NCBI GenBank assembly: GCA_021785035.1
Contig: JAJYGP010000063.1
Location: 17,254-81,253 of the forward strand
Source of the DNA: Pseudomonadota bacterium
GTDB taxonomy: Bacteria; Pseudomonadota; Gammaproteobacteria; Acidiferrobacterales; Acidiferrobacteraceae
DNA length: 64,000 nt
Direction of reading: 5' to 3'
In this document: in pieces, positions 9,501 to 18,025 of the stretch
Layout: each line of letters begins with the position of its first letter
Numbering within the stretch: position 1 is the first letter of the stretch
The notes under the pieces: model-generated
The model's input: only the letters and a program-made list of their open reading frames with translations
Database searches by the model: none
What the model was told of the DNA's origin: nothing
Translations under genes and position numbers: made by a program

Positions 9501-10573
9501 CGCGTACCGACAAACACATATTCCGCGAGAAGGTTCTCCTGAATGCGGCGTGCGGCATCTGCAAAAAGTATCTCGAGCGGCTGATCTTTCAGGGCCATTT
9601 GATTGAGGTGGTGGAGGGTTTCATGCCACTGTCGCAATTGCATCTCTCGGGATAAAAGCTTGACGACCAAGGTCGCTAAGTACTGGCTCGTCAAGAGCAG
9701 CAAAATAAAGAGCGGTAGCCAGGGGCGTACTCGTCGCCACCAAAACTTGAGCAGCGCAGGACGTGACCAGGCGGCGCTCACCGCCCAAGGGTAACCGGAT
9801 ATGGCCACCCGGCTCTCTCCGGCGACCCGTCGGCGCGATCGTGGCGGCATAAGCAGTTGTCCGTGGCACCATTCAACGAAAGGTTGGCCATCGCGGGCTG
9901 CCAAAAAGATGTCCAGATCACTTTTTGGTATGAGCGCGGTAAGACTCTTTAAGGCTATCGGGTCGCCGATATAGAGAAGGACCGCACCGGCTCGGGTTTC
10001 TACCTGATAACGAAGGGGTACGATGACGGTGCCGTAGCGGCGTGCAAAAATCGGGTCGGCGATGTTCGCTCGTGGCTGGCCGGGTAAGGGGAAGAACTTG
10101 GTCCCCTGTATAATCGGTCGCGGAGTCTGTGGGCGCGCAGACCACAGGATCCGGGTCTCGTTGGCATTGAGAATATTGACGTTGATGATGCCGCGATGGG
10201 TATTGAGAAATCGTTGCAGGGCGATCTTTGAGTCCCGGCCCAAGTGGTTTTGGTTTGCCCCTGCGGCTCGCAGTGAGCGCGCTAGAAAGCGCAGGTCGGA
10301 GAAATGCTCACCTAGTGTGCCTGCGAGCCGATTGGCGGCGCGTGACACCAGGGCCTCGGCGCGCAGACGCTCCTCGTGGTCTACGGTCGTGTAAGTGCTG
10401 TAGGCGTGCCAAAGACCGATGCCTCCCAGCGTGAAGCCAAAGACCACGAAGATCGCGGCGACCAGTGTGGTTTTTCGGCGTACTGCGGCATAGCCCTTAG
10501 TCAATCTGGGCTTTTCCCCATCGGGATATTGTAGAGGCGGTGAAGCCATGGGCTCTGCCTTAGATTGATCCAT
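6581..10573 (-). CDS. Membrane-bound multidomain c-di-GMP protein (periplasmic sensor, GAF-like regions, GGDEF, EAL, unassigned C-terminal tail)
   Basis: 1330 aa. Two TM segments (TTLVAAIFVVFGFTLGGIGLW; WLPLFILLLLTSQYLATLVV) flank a ~250-aa loop. GGDEF site RLGGDEFGLLV. EAL-domain motifs CIEVTEN, DDFGTGYSSL, AEGIEEP, QGYLLSPP. Confidence 0.88.
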   Translation of the reverse strand: MDQSKAEPMASPPLQYPDGEKPRLTKGYAAVRRKTTLVAAIFVVFGFTLGGIGLWHAYSTYTTVDHEERLRAEALVSRAANRLAGTLGEHFSDLRFLARSLRAAGANQNHLGRDSKIALQRFLNTHRGIINVNILNANETRILWSARPQTPRPIIQGTKFFPLPGQPRANIADPIFARRYGTVIVPLRYQVETRAGAVLLYIGDPIALKSLTALIPKSDLDIFLAARDGQPFVEWCHGQLLMPPRSRRRVAGESRVAISGYPWAVSAAWSRPALLKFWWRRVRPWLPLFILLLLTSQYLATLVVKLLSREMQLRQWHETLHHLNQMALKDQPLEILFADAARRIQENLLAEYVFVGTRSEGIAVGPANAEFTSDVSHTAFTVAVDHEWRHIPVDGPQKPLALALGKTGVLIVIRPSRRARTVPWEGLIHELGDQLMSAVNQRRQQLDILRLQRYQVAVGKMQLELIRAPRPDDVYALLVQILQTQTDILGAFVATPQPDNQRLYVKVAAGQSEEVTRALERLTLSYDPREYPLGQTPAAHAFRNGVPCGPIDPESDLKLWQSLENEPALSSVRAVVAYPILEEDKANPTAVLVVKGTDPHYFTPALQALLEHLVASVRVALSRYRTSRQIDRYRAFYEAIARASQLMVRQHEPLQLFRHVCDVLATSTGVPLTFISLIEGDSARVVASSGPAKTFTDEASISLNPCDNGLGGMHAQTIGAQGAQLFEKRAYWLGNDEWRGKAHALGLQSALAVSWKNNGGPSGLLGIVAAETEFFDYDLVQLIETLGRDISLAVSDYDRQQELLHLSLYDPLTGLPNRAYFERSATEAMARASRSGRAMALGIMDLDGFKEWNDLQGHKAGDDLLKSVAERLRQVIRKDEGLARLGGDEFGLLVTIEETDTLAAISDRILRTVGEADDEKHITTSIGWATYAAETPYATLLAHADEALYAAKAGGRNTFCLFGGDIAKRLERRLQIHQRLPNALAAKQVHFLLQPQMSCLAGTIEGLELLARWRTAEGVLLASDFIADVEKDPALIRALGRYALSEAIEVRARLRAAGYRLRVAFNVGAHHFLHPAFLADIASRLEGTSGEGLCIEVTENVALSDMHRAAQVIVQLKEMGFAVALDDFGTGYSSLNEAVHLPVDELKLDQRFIRSFRYDPNAFAVASAVLLLGTLSGRRLIAEGIEEPNDLALWRHIGGNYVQGYLLSPPLSESDFYVWLETSHPTCTSTGAVFPTKDLILVGYAFLEPDHYASCDTRSLLAGHAQLQAWIQTRRAVYGQLDAWTPLETALRQGDTGNEAAFRSYWIYQLRPAIQAVFRDIDTMLRGPRP

Positions 10574-10833
10574 AATACTGTCCTGGCGTCCTTGTGGCCC
10601 CTTTGTTCAAAAAGCCGTGGGCGCGTGCGTTACCCTGAGCTGATGCAACCATTGTACCAACCTTGATCTTGGTGAGGTTGGGGTATGCGGGAGAGCCGAA
10701 AGTCCGTATATAGTGGGCTTACAGATCCCATTCGCCATTTTTAATGGTAATCCCTTGGGTCCCCTGTGCGGCGTTCTATTGTGTAGGGCGCCAGTCGTGG
10801 GGCAATTTTGTCACTCCCTCAAAGGAGGCAGGT

Positions 10834-11259
10834 ATGAGTGTCATTCCGTTTTCCATTCAGGCCGATCGTCGCGAGCGCGGCCGAATTCTGAAGCGTCTTG
10901 AGGAGGCGGAGGGGGTACAGCTGGAGATGGTGGACTTGGAGTTCGGCGATTATCTGCTGCCAAATAAGATCGTCGTGGAACGAAAGTCAGCAACCGACTT
11001 TATCTTGAGCGTTGTGGATGAGGGGCTATGGGTCAATATCGAACATCTCGAACGCCTGTATGCTCGTATTGTCTACATCATAGAAGGCGACCCGTACGTA
11101 GCGCGTTTTCATCAGAAGGCCCTTGATGTTCACCGCGCGTTTGCACGCATGGTGGTTCAGCACAATATCTCGGTATTGCCGAGCGCGGACCCTGATCATT
11201 CGGCCATGCTCATTTATTTGATGGGTCTTGTGGTCCTTGAGCACGGCGAAAAGGCCTAA
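10834..11259 (+). CDS. ERCC4 (XPF/Mus81/Hef-type) nuclease-domain protein, stand-alone
   Basis: 141 aa from ATG 10834 behind AAAGGAGG. Signature ...EFGDYLLPNKIVVERKSATDFILS... (GDx(n)ERKxxxD). The track's earlier start 10744 has no SD. Confidence 0.7.
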   Translation: MSVIPFSIQADRRERGRILKRLEEAEGVQLEMVDLEFGDYLLPNKIVVERKSATDFILSVVDEGLWVNIEHLERLYARIVYIIEGDPYVARFHQKALDVHRAFARMVVQHNISVLPSADPDHSAMLIYLMGLVVLEHGEKA

Positions 11260-11499
11260 TGCTCTGGCGCCGAGCTTTTTGGCACGTCTGGAGGAGTTTT
11301 TAAGTGGCAAGCCAGCCGGCTCTGGCGAGACGGGGTTCAAGGGTGGATACTGGGTAAAAAAAGCAGTCATAGAGGCGCGATCCGCTAGGATTCCGGGTGT
11401 ATGGTCGCCGGGGTGGCCCCGGTTCCGAGTTGATGCCCGGGAGTCCAGAAATGGGATTCAGGTTGGATGTTACGAGGTTTTTGAAGGGTTGGGTGATGT

Positions 11500-12624
11500 A
11501 TGAATAGTATCGAACGTATCGCGGGTCTCGGCCAGCGGATCTGGTATGACAATATTAATCGCGAGTTGATCACGAGCGGCGGTTTGCGGTCTCTGGTGGC
11601 CTCAGGCGTACGCGGGGTGACCACCAATCCGACGATTTTTGAGAAGGCCATTCATGAAGGCCAACATTACGACGACGAGATTCGGGCGCTACAAGCCCAG
11701 GGCGCGGCCCCGGCCGAGATGGTCCGTGAGCTCATGATCAGCGATGTCCGGTTGGCGGCCGATGCCTTGCGTGGCGTCTACGACCGGAGCCTGGGCGAAG
11801 ACGGTTACGTGAGCATTGAGGTGGCGCCGGATAAGGCTCAGGACACCGAGGCGACAGTCGCCGAGGCGAAGCTTTTGTGGACGGCTGTGGGCAGGCCCAA
11901 TGTGATGATCAAGATCCCGGCTACCGAAGCCGGATACGGGGCCATACGCGCCGTGTTGCGGGCTGGTATCAACGTCAACGTGACCCTGATTTTCGCGCCT
12001 TCCTCCTATGAGCGGGTGGCCGCGGCTTATATGGCGGCGCTTGAGGATCGTCTGGCTGATGGCCAGTCCATTGATAGGCTCGCATCGGTCGCGAGCGTTT
12101 TCGTGAGTCGGGTGGACGCGGTTGTCGATGGTGTGTTGCGCGATAAGTTGAAACTCGCGCCGACATCTGAGGCGAAACGTTTGCAGGGTCTCCTCGGCCG
12201 TGCCGGGATTGCCAACGCTCAGCGCATCTACCAGCGCTATCGGGACTTGTTCCGCGGCAAGGGCTTTGCCCGTTTGCGCGCCCGGGGAGCGCGCCCCCAG
12301 TGGTTGCTGTGGGCCAGTACCAGCAGTAAGGATCCGAGCTATTCCGCGACCTGGTATATCGATCGGTTGATCGCGCCCGACACCATTAATACCGTGCCGC
12401 CGCAGACGTTTGCGGCCTTACTAAAGCACAATCGTCCTCGGGCCCTTCTAGAGGCGGAGTCGGGTCAGGCCCAGTCGGTTTTGGAGGGTATACGTCGTGA
12501 AGGGGTAGATCTTCCCGAGATCCTGGACTCCTTGCTCGAGCAGGGTTTGGGCTCGTTTCTTGCCTCCTACCATACTTTGACCGCTCGTCTCGCCGACAAA
12601 AAAGAGCTGCTCACGGCAGAATAA
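11500..12624 (+). CDS. tal: Transaldolase
   Basis: 374 aa. N-terminal ...GQRIWYDNINRELI...GVTTNPTIFEKAI and ...MIKIPAT... (active-site Lys region) are typical of transaldolase. Confidence 0.88.
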   Translation: MNSIERIAGLGQRIWYDNINRELITSGGLRSLVASGVRGVTTNPTIFEKAIHEGQHYDDEIRALQAQGAAPAEMVRELMISDVRLAADALRGVYDRSLGEDGYVSIEVAPDKAQDTEATVAEAKLLWTAVGRPNVMIKIPATEAGYGAIRAVLRAGINVNVTLIFAPSSYERVAAAYMAALEDRLADGQSIDRLASVASVFVSRVDAVVDGVLRDKLKLAPTSEAKRLQGLLGRAGIANAQRIYQRYRDLFRGKGFARLRARGARPQWLLWASTSSKDPSYSATWYIDRLIAPDTINTVPPQTFAALLKHNRPRALLEAESGQAQSVLEGIRREGVDLPEILDSLLEQGLGSFLASYHTLTARLADKKELLTAE

Positions 12625-12661
12625 GGCAAGCATCCGAGATTGAAGCGAGTATACTGCGGCC

Positions 12662-13000
12662 GGGAGTTGGCTAGGCAGTCGCTGCCCGCAAGGGTGGAGG
12701 AAAGTCCGGGCTCCACAGGGCAAGGTGCCAGGTAATGCCTGGGAGGCGCGAGCCTACGGAAAGTGCCACAGAAAATATACCGCCCGCTATGCGGGTAAGG
12801 GTGAAATGGTGCGGTAAGAGCGCACCGCGCCGATGGCAACATCGGTGGCAGGGTAAACCCCACCTGGAGCAAGACCGAATAGGGGGACTATGACGTTGGC
12901 CCGCGTCGTCCCCGGGTAGGTTGCTAGAGGCGCTTGGCGACAAGCGTCCCAGAGGAATGACTGCCCACGACAGAACCCGGCTTAACGGCCAACTCCCACC
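12662..13000 (+). ncRNA. rnpB: RNase P RNA, bacterial type A
   Basis: Universal blocks read directly: GGAGGAAAGTCCGGGCTCCACAGGGCA, GGTGCCAGGTAATGCCTGG, ACGGAAAGTGCCACAGAAAA, GGTAAGGGTGAAATGGTGCGGTAAGAGCGCACC, ACAGAACCCGGCTTA. P1 pairing GGGAGTTGGC...GCCAACTCCC closes the molecule. Confidence 0.95.
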
Positions 13001-13079
13001 TTTTTCTCCTTCCCTCCGGCTTTTGGCTGCACTTTGTGGCCCATAAGGGCCCCTTTCGTCTCCTTTTTGTGGTTCGTGC

Positions 13080-13109
13080 TTGACTTCGCTTTTCCCGCGT
13101 TACTATAGT
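13080..13109 (+). promoter_or_regulatory. Candidate sigma70 promoter of the dcw cluster (Pmra)
   Basis: TTGACT (13080-13085), 18 nt, TATAGT (13104-13109), immediately upstream of the MraZ repeats and 53 nt before the mraZ ATG. Confidence 0.55.
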
Positions 13110-13117
13110 GTCACGAA

Positions 13118-13142
13118 GTGGGTAAATGTGGGCATTTGTGGG
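13118..13142 (+). promoter_or_regulatory. MraZ operator: three GTGGG direct repeats with 5-nt spacers
   Basis: GTGGGtaaatGTGGGcatttGTGGG, exact 10-bp phasing, just downstream of the candidate -10. Same architecture as the E. coli MraZ binding site. Confidence 0.75.
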
Positions 13143-13161
13143 ATAGGGCGGAAGGGGAGAT

Positions 13162-13611
13162 ATGTTTCGCGGAGTTAACAGCATCAGTCTCGATAGTAAG
13201 GGACGAATTGCTATTCCGACTCGGTATCGGGAGGACCTCCTTGCGCGCTGTGCGGGTCGGCTGATCATGACCGTCGATCGTGACCACTGCTTGTTGCTTT
13301 ACCCGCTCCCAGAATGGGAGATCATTGAGTCAAAGCTCGTGCGTTTATCCAGCTTTAACATCCAGACTCGACGTTTGCAGCGCCTTTTGATTGGGCATGC
13401 GACAGAGTGCGACATGGACGGCGCTGGTCGGATCTTGTTGCCGGCACCGTTGCGGGAATTTGCCACACTGGATAAAGATATCATGTTGATTGGACAGGGT
13501 AATAAGTTCGAGCTGTGGGATCAGGGCATATGGAACGAACGCCGCACGGAGTGGCTGGCGGCGACCGACAACGAGGAATTATCGGCTGAGTTGCAGTCGT
13601 TGTCGCTGTGA
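13162..13611 (+). CDS. mraZ: Transcriptional regulator MraZ
   Basis: 149 aa. [19 protein letters not shown]... with a second SpoVT/AbrB-like repeat (DGAGRILLP). First gene of the dcw cluster. Confidence 0.95.
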   Translation: MFRGVNSISLDSKGRIAIPTRYREDLLARCAGRLIMTVDRDHCLLLYPLPEWEIIESKLVRLSSFNIQTRRLQRLLIGHATECDMDGAGRILLPAPLREFATLDKDIMLIGQGNKFELWDQGIWNERRTEWLAATDNEELSAELQSLSL

Positions 13612-14552
13612 CCGACGCGGGGCATCGACCGGTATTATTGGCCGAGGCGTTGGATGCTCTGGCCGTGAAACCGGGTGGGCGATATCTGGATGCCACATTC
13701 GGCCGGGGCGGTCATAGCGGGGCGATTGTGGCGCGGCTCGCGCCGGAGGGCCGGTTGCTTGTCATGGATTGCGACGAGCAGGCGATCGAGGTAGCGACGC
13801 GGCGTTTTGGCAAAGACCCGCGGGTTGCGATAGTAAAAGGGCGGTTCTCTATGATGGAACGTTACCAAGAGAACGCAGGTGAGCAGGGAGGCTTCGATGG
13901 GATCTTATTCGACTTGGGGGTTTCTTCGCCCCAGTTTGACGAATCGTCTCGCGGGTTTAGCTTTCGGTATGAGGGGCCGCTCGACATGCGGATGGATCAG
14001 CAGTCCCGACCTACGGCCGCGGAGTGGTTGAATGCCGCGGACGAGTCCGAGATCGCTCGCGTATTGCGTGAATTCGGGGAGGAGCGATACGCGCGCCGTG
14101 TCGCTCGAGCCGTTGTGGGTGCTCGGGCCTTGACGCCGATTACGACCACGACCCAGTTTGCGGCCCTCGTCGCCCGCGCTATTCCCCGGCGCGAGCCCGG
14201 GCAGGACCCCGCTACCCGTTGTTTTCAGGCGCTGCGTATCCTCGTGAACGATGAGCTAGGTGAGCTCGCCCGCGCTTTGCCCGTGGCTCTGCGTTTATTG
14301 CGACCTAGTGGCCGGCTTGCGGTGATCAGCTTTCATTCGTTGGAAGATCGTGTTGTGAAGCAGTTCCTGGTTGGCGAATCGCGTGGTGACAGTCATCCGA
14401 CACGACTTCCAGTACCCCACAAAGCCTTGCGACCGCGGCTCAAAGTCATAGGGAAGGCGGTCCGTCCCAGCGCATCCGAGGTCGCCCTCAATCCACGCGC
14501 CCGCAGCGCCGTACTGAGGGTCGGGGAAAGCCTGGGGGTGACGTATGACTAA
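13608..14552 (+). CDS. rsmH: 16S rRNA m4C1402 methyltransferase RsmH
   Basis: 314 aa. [13 protein letters not shown]...[10 protein letters not shown] motif. GTGA overlap with mraZ. Confidence 0.93.
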   Translation: MTDAGHRPVLLAEALDALAVKPGGRYLDATFGRGGHSGAIVARLAPEGRLLVMDCDEQAIEVATRRFGKDPRVAIVKGRFSMMERYQENAGEQGGFDGILFDLGVSSPQFDESSRGFSFRYEGPLDMRMDQQSRPTAAEWLNAADESEIARVLREFGEERYARRVARAVVGARALTPITTTTQFAALVARAIPRREPGQDPATRCFQALRILVNDELGELARALPVALRLLRPSGRLAVISFHSLEDRVVKQFLVGESRGDSHPTRLPVPHKALRPRLKVIGKAVRPSASEVALNPRARSAVLRVGESLGVTYD

Positions 14553-14826
14553 GAACGCGTCTTGGTTTTGGGTAGCCGCTTTGTTCGTATCTTCGCTCGC
14601 GCTTGTCGATATTCGCAGCCGGTATCTTCTGCTGTTTGCGCACGAACAACGGCTGATGAGCCAAAAGGATGCCTTGCATGTGGAGTGGGGTCGACTGTTG
14701 CTTGAACAAGGCACGCTTGCCGAGCACCGTCGGGTCGATCGTATCGCGCGTCGCAAGCTGGATATGGTCATGCCCGACCCGCGGCGCATTGTGTTGCTTT
14801 ACACGCGACCCAAGCGGATCCCATGA
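14545..14826 (+). CDS. ftsL: Cell division protein FtsL
   Basis: 93 aa, single N-terminal TM then a coiled region. Canonical position between rsmH and ftsI. Confidence 0.8.
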   Translation: MTKNASWFWVAALFVSSLALVDIRSRYLLLFAHEQRLMSQKDALHVEWGRLLLEQGTLAEHRRVDRIARRKLDMVMPDPRRIVLLYTRPKRIP

Positions 14827-16547
14827 ATGCGCACACACGTCATTTCACAGCGATATCTCCGGGCGGTTGGGGACGGTCGACTTTTGTGTTGCTCGTTATG
14901 CTGTTGGCCTTCGGGCTCATGGTGGTCCGCGCTTTTTTCTTGCAGGTTGTCGATGCCCCGTTTTTGCGCCACGAGGCCAGTCGTCAGCAGATCGAGACTA
15001 TCCAGGAGGAGGGGCACCGCGGCATGATTCTTGATCGCCACGGGCGCCCCCTTGCCATTAGTACGCCGGTCGATTCGCTGTGGGTCAATCCGCAGATCCT
15101 TATCAAGGAACCAGCCGCTTGGCCGCGCTTGGCCGCCGCCATCGGATGGTCGCTTTCGACCTTCAGGCAGACTTTGACCGCGGAGCGGCATGAGCAATTC
15201 ATGTACTTGCGCCGCCAGGTTGATCCCCAGTTTGCCCAGAGCGTTCTTGATCTCCGTATACCGGGCGTTGCTTCGCAACGCGAGTATCGCCGCTATTATC
15301 CGACCGGTGCCGTAAGTGCCACCTTGGTCGGTTTTACTAATATCAATGACCAGGGCCAGGACGGGGTCGAGCTCGCCTACAACTCCGAGCTCAGTCCGCA
15401 GCCGGGCCGGGCGGTTGTGATCCGCGATGGCTTGGGTCAGCCGATCGCCTTGCGCCAGGGGCCCCATCCCCCACGTCCAGGGAAGAATCTCGTATTAAGT
15501 ATCGACCAGCGCATTCAGTACCTTGCCTACCGGGAGCTTTTGAAGGCGGTGCGTTACCACGATGCTAGCAGCGGAAGTGCTATCGTGCTCGACCCGCATA
15601 CTGGCGAGGTGTTGGCGCTCGCCAATGTTCCGAGCTTTAATCCCAATACCCGGAGCGACCTGAACAGCGCCTACTACCGAGACCGAGCGGTGACGGATGT
15701 GATCGAGCCGGGCTCATCTCTTAAGCCCTTTACGATCGCCCTTGCCCTCCAAAGTGGCCGCATCCGCCCCCATACCCTGGTCAGTACCTCGCCTGGCAGT
15801 TATTGGGTCGGTCCCGACAAGATCAGTGATGTGGGCGATTTCGGTCTCATCGACGTCTCGCATGTGATTGCCGAATCGAGCAACGTCGGGGCCTCGAAAA
15901 TCGCTTTGACGACGCTTACCCGGCGCGCCATGTATGATAATTTTCTCAGGCTTGGTTTTACCCACTTTACCCACAGTGGTCTACCCGGCGAATCGCCCGG
16001 TTTTTTGGCCCCGCCCGACACCTGGGAGCCGATTCAGAAGGCGACCCTATCCTTTGGTTACGGGATTTCGGTTACGCCGCTTCAGCTCGCTCGCGCCTAC
16101 ACCGTCTTTGCCAATGGCGGTATCCTCGAGCCCATTACGATCCTAAAGCGTAAGGGTCCGGTGAAAGGACGGCGAATTTTTTCGCCAAGGGTTGTGCACG
16201 AAATGCGTCATATGTTGGAGCTTGCGGCGAGCCCGGTCGGCACGGGCGCGACGGCGGATATCGTCAATTATCGGGTCGCGGGCAAGACTGGGACCGCGCA
16301 TATCGCCGATAGGAAGGGTTACCATCGCCACCGCTATGTCGCTTCGTTTGCCGGATTTGCCCCGGCTTCCGATCCGCGACTGGTCATGGTCGTCGTGATT
16401 CGAGATCCCCAAAAGCACGGATACTATGGCGCCGAATGCGCCGCCCCTGTGTTTCAAAAGGTCATGACCGGTGCGTTGCGTATTCTCAATATTCCGCCAG
16501 ACAACCCTGTCACCACCATGGCGCGCGCTGAGACGACCATGCCATGA
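14823..16547 (+). CDS. ftsI: Peptidoglycan D,D-transpeptidase FtsI (PBP3)
   Basis: 574 aa. TM anchor; transpeptidase motifs SSLKP (SxxK), SSN (SxN), KTGT. Confidence 0.93.
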   Translation: MNAHTRHFTAISPGGWGRSTFVLLVMLLAFGLMVVRAFFLQVVDAPFLRHEASRQQIETIQEEGHRGMILDRHGRPLAISTPVDSLWVNPQILIKEPAAWPRLAAAIGWSLSTFRQTLTAERHEQFMYLRRQVDPQFAQSVLDLRIPGVASQREYRRYYPTGAVSATLVGFTNINDQGQDGVELAYNSELSPQPGRAVVIRDGLGQPIALRQGPHPPRPGKNLVLSIDQRIQYLAYRELLKAVRYHDASSGSAIVLDPHTGEVLALANVPSFNPNTRSDLNSAYYRDRAVTDVIEPGSSLKPFTIALALQSGRIRPHTLVSTSPGSYWVGPDKISDVGDFGLIDVSHVIAESSNVGASKIALTTLTRRAMYDNFLRLGFTHFTHSGLPGESPGFLAPPDTWEPIQKATLSFGYGISVTPLQLARAYTVFANGGILEPITILKRKGPVKGRRIFSPRVVHEMRHMLELAASPVGTGATADIVNYRVAGKTGTAHIADRKGYHRHRYVASFAGFAPASDPRLVMVVVIRDPQKHGYYGAECAAPVFQKVMTGALRILNIPPDNPVTTMARAETTMP

Positions 16548-18025
16548 CCAATAGCCCCATGACCCTGAAGACCTTGTTAACCGGTCTATATGAAATGAGC
16601 GGCGATGCCGATCGGCCTATCACGGCTCTCAGTTTGGATAGTCGGACCGTCTTGCCGGGGTCTTTGTTCATGGCTTTGCCCGGCAGCCAGCAGGATGGTC
16701 GGCGGTTTATTGCTGATGCCGTGGCCCGCGGCGCGGCCGCTGTCCTCAGCGCAAGCGGCCCCCCGGGTCACTTAGGTCAGGTGCCGATCCTCCCCTGCCC
16801 GTCCTTGCGCGAGCTGGTCGGGCCGATTGCGGACCGGTTTTACGGGAGTCCTTCGCGCTCACTCTCGATTATAGGGGTTACGGGCACAAACGGGAAAACG
16901 ACCACTACCCATTTGATCGCCCACGCCTTGAGCACGGTGAGCCCCTGCGCTCTTATCGGCACTCTCGGGAACGGCTTTCCCGGCGCCTTATTGCCGGCCG
17001 AACGGACAACTCCCGACGCGATCGCTCTTCACCGTTGGCTAAACCGCTTCCGTGCCGAGGGGGCACGGTCGGTGGCCCTCGAAGTGTCGTCCCACGCCTT
17101 GGATCAGGGACGGGTGGGTGGAGTGCGATTTGCGGGCGCGGTTTTTACGAATCTGACTCGTGACCATCTCGATTATCACGGCGACATGCATCGTTACGGA
17201 GAGGCGAAGGCCTTGCTTTTTAAGGTCCCCGATCTCCAATTCGCGGTCCTTAATTCTGATGACCCGTTTAGCGCCGTTCTTAAGGAGAAGGTCCAGAGTG
17301 GGGTCCGTTGTTGGTTTTACGGCTCGCAGGGTGACGTCCGGATCGATGACGTGAAGGCGAGTCCCGCGGGTCTTACGATCGAATTTGCAACCTGCGCGGG
17401 TCGGGCGACTCTGAAAAGCGCCTTGCTCGGATACTTTAATGTTCACAATTTGGCGGCCGCCCTCACAGCACTCCTTGCGCTCGGGTGGCACATTGAGGAT
17501 GCCCTACGGGTTTTGGGGGACGTGACACCCATTCCTGGACGTATGGAAATGTTTTCGGTGCGCGCGACTCAGCCGCTCGTGGTGGTCGATTATGCCCACA
17601 CCCCGGATGCTCTTGAAAAGGCCCTGGCTGGCGCCCGCGCCCACGCTCACGCCGAGGGGCGAGTGATTTGCGTTTTCGGCTGCGGCGGCGATCGTGATCG
17701 CGGTAAGCGGGAATTGATGGGGGCTTGCGCCAGCCGCTTCGCTGATTATCTGATCTTGACCCACGACAACCCCCGCCACGAGGATCCAGAGCGCATCATT
17801 GCCGATATTCTGCGCGGCGTGCCCGAGGAGGCGCGGTCACACCTCGCCGTGGTGGGGGACCGTAAGGCCGCCATTACCCTGGCCTTGCAGACGGCGAATT
17901 GCGGCGATGTAGTTGTGGTGGCGGGTAAGGGTCATGAAGAATATCAGCAATTCGGCGACCGTTGCGTGCCTTACAGCGATCGGCAAACGGTGCGACGGCT
18001 ATTGGAGGTAGCATGTTCACCCTAA
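16544..18025 (+). CDS. murE: UDP-N-acetylmuramoyl-L-alanyl-D-glutamate--2,6-diaminopimelate ligase
   Basis: 493 aa. Mur ligase P-loop GVTGTNGKTTT; C-terminal DNPR motif (THDNPRHEDP) typical of DAP-adding MurE. Confidence 0.93.
   Translation: MTNSPMTLKTLLTGLYEMSGDADRPITALSLDSRTVLPGSLFMALPGSQQDGRRFIADAVARGAAAVLSASGPPGHLGQVPILPCPSLRELVGPIADRFYGSPSRSLSIIGVTGTNGKTTTTHLIAHALSTVSPCALIGTLGNGFPGALLPAERTTPDAIALHRWLNRFRAEGARSVALEVSSHALDQGRVGGVRFAGAVFTNLTRDHLDYHGDMHRYGEAKALLFKVPDLQFAVLNSDDPFSAVLKEKVQSGVRCWFYGSQGDVRIDDVKASPAGLTIEFATCAGRATLKSALLGYFNVHNLAAALTALLALGWHIEDALRVLGDVTPIPGRMEMFSVRATQPLVVVDYAHTPDALEKALAGARAHAHAEGRVICVFGCGGDRDRGKRELMGACASRFADYLILTHDNPRHEDPERIIADILRGVPEEARSHLAVVGDRKAAITLALQTANCGDVVVVAGKGHEEYQQFGDRCVPYSDRQTVRRLLEVACSP

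Noticed and set aside
11260-11499. Possible frameshifted (HhH)2 remnant downstream of the ERCC4 gene (...ARIPGVWSPGW...)
   Set aside because: Only one short hairpin-like match in a different frame, with no second HhH. Insufficient to call a pseudogene. Kept as a check under the ERCC4 finding.
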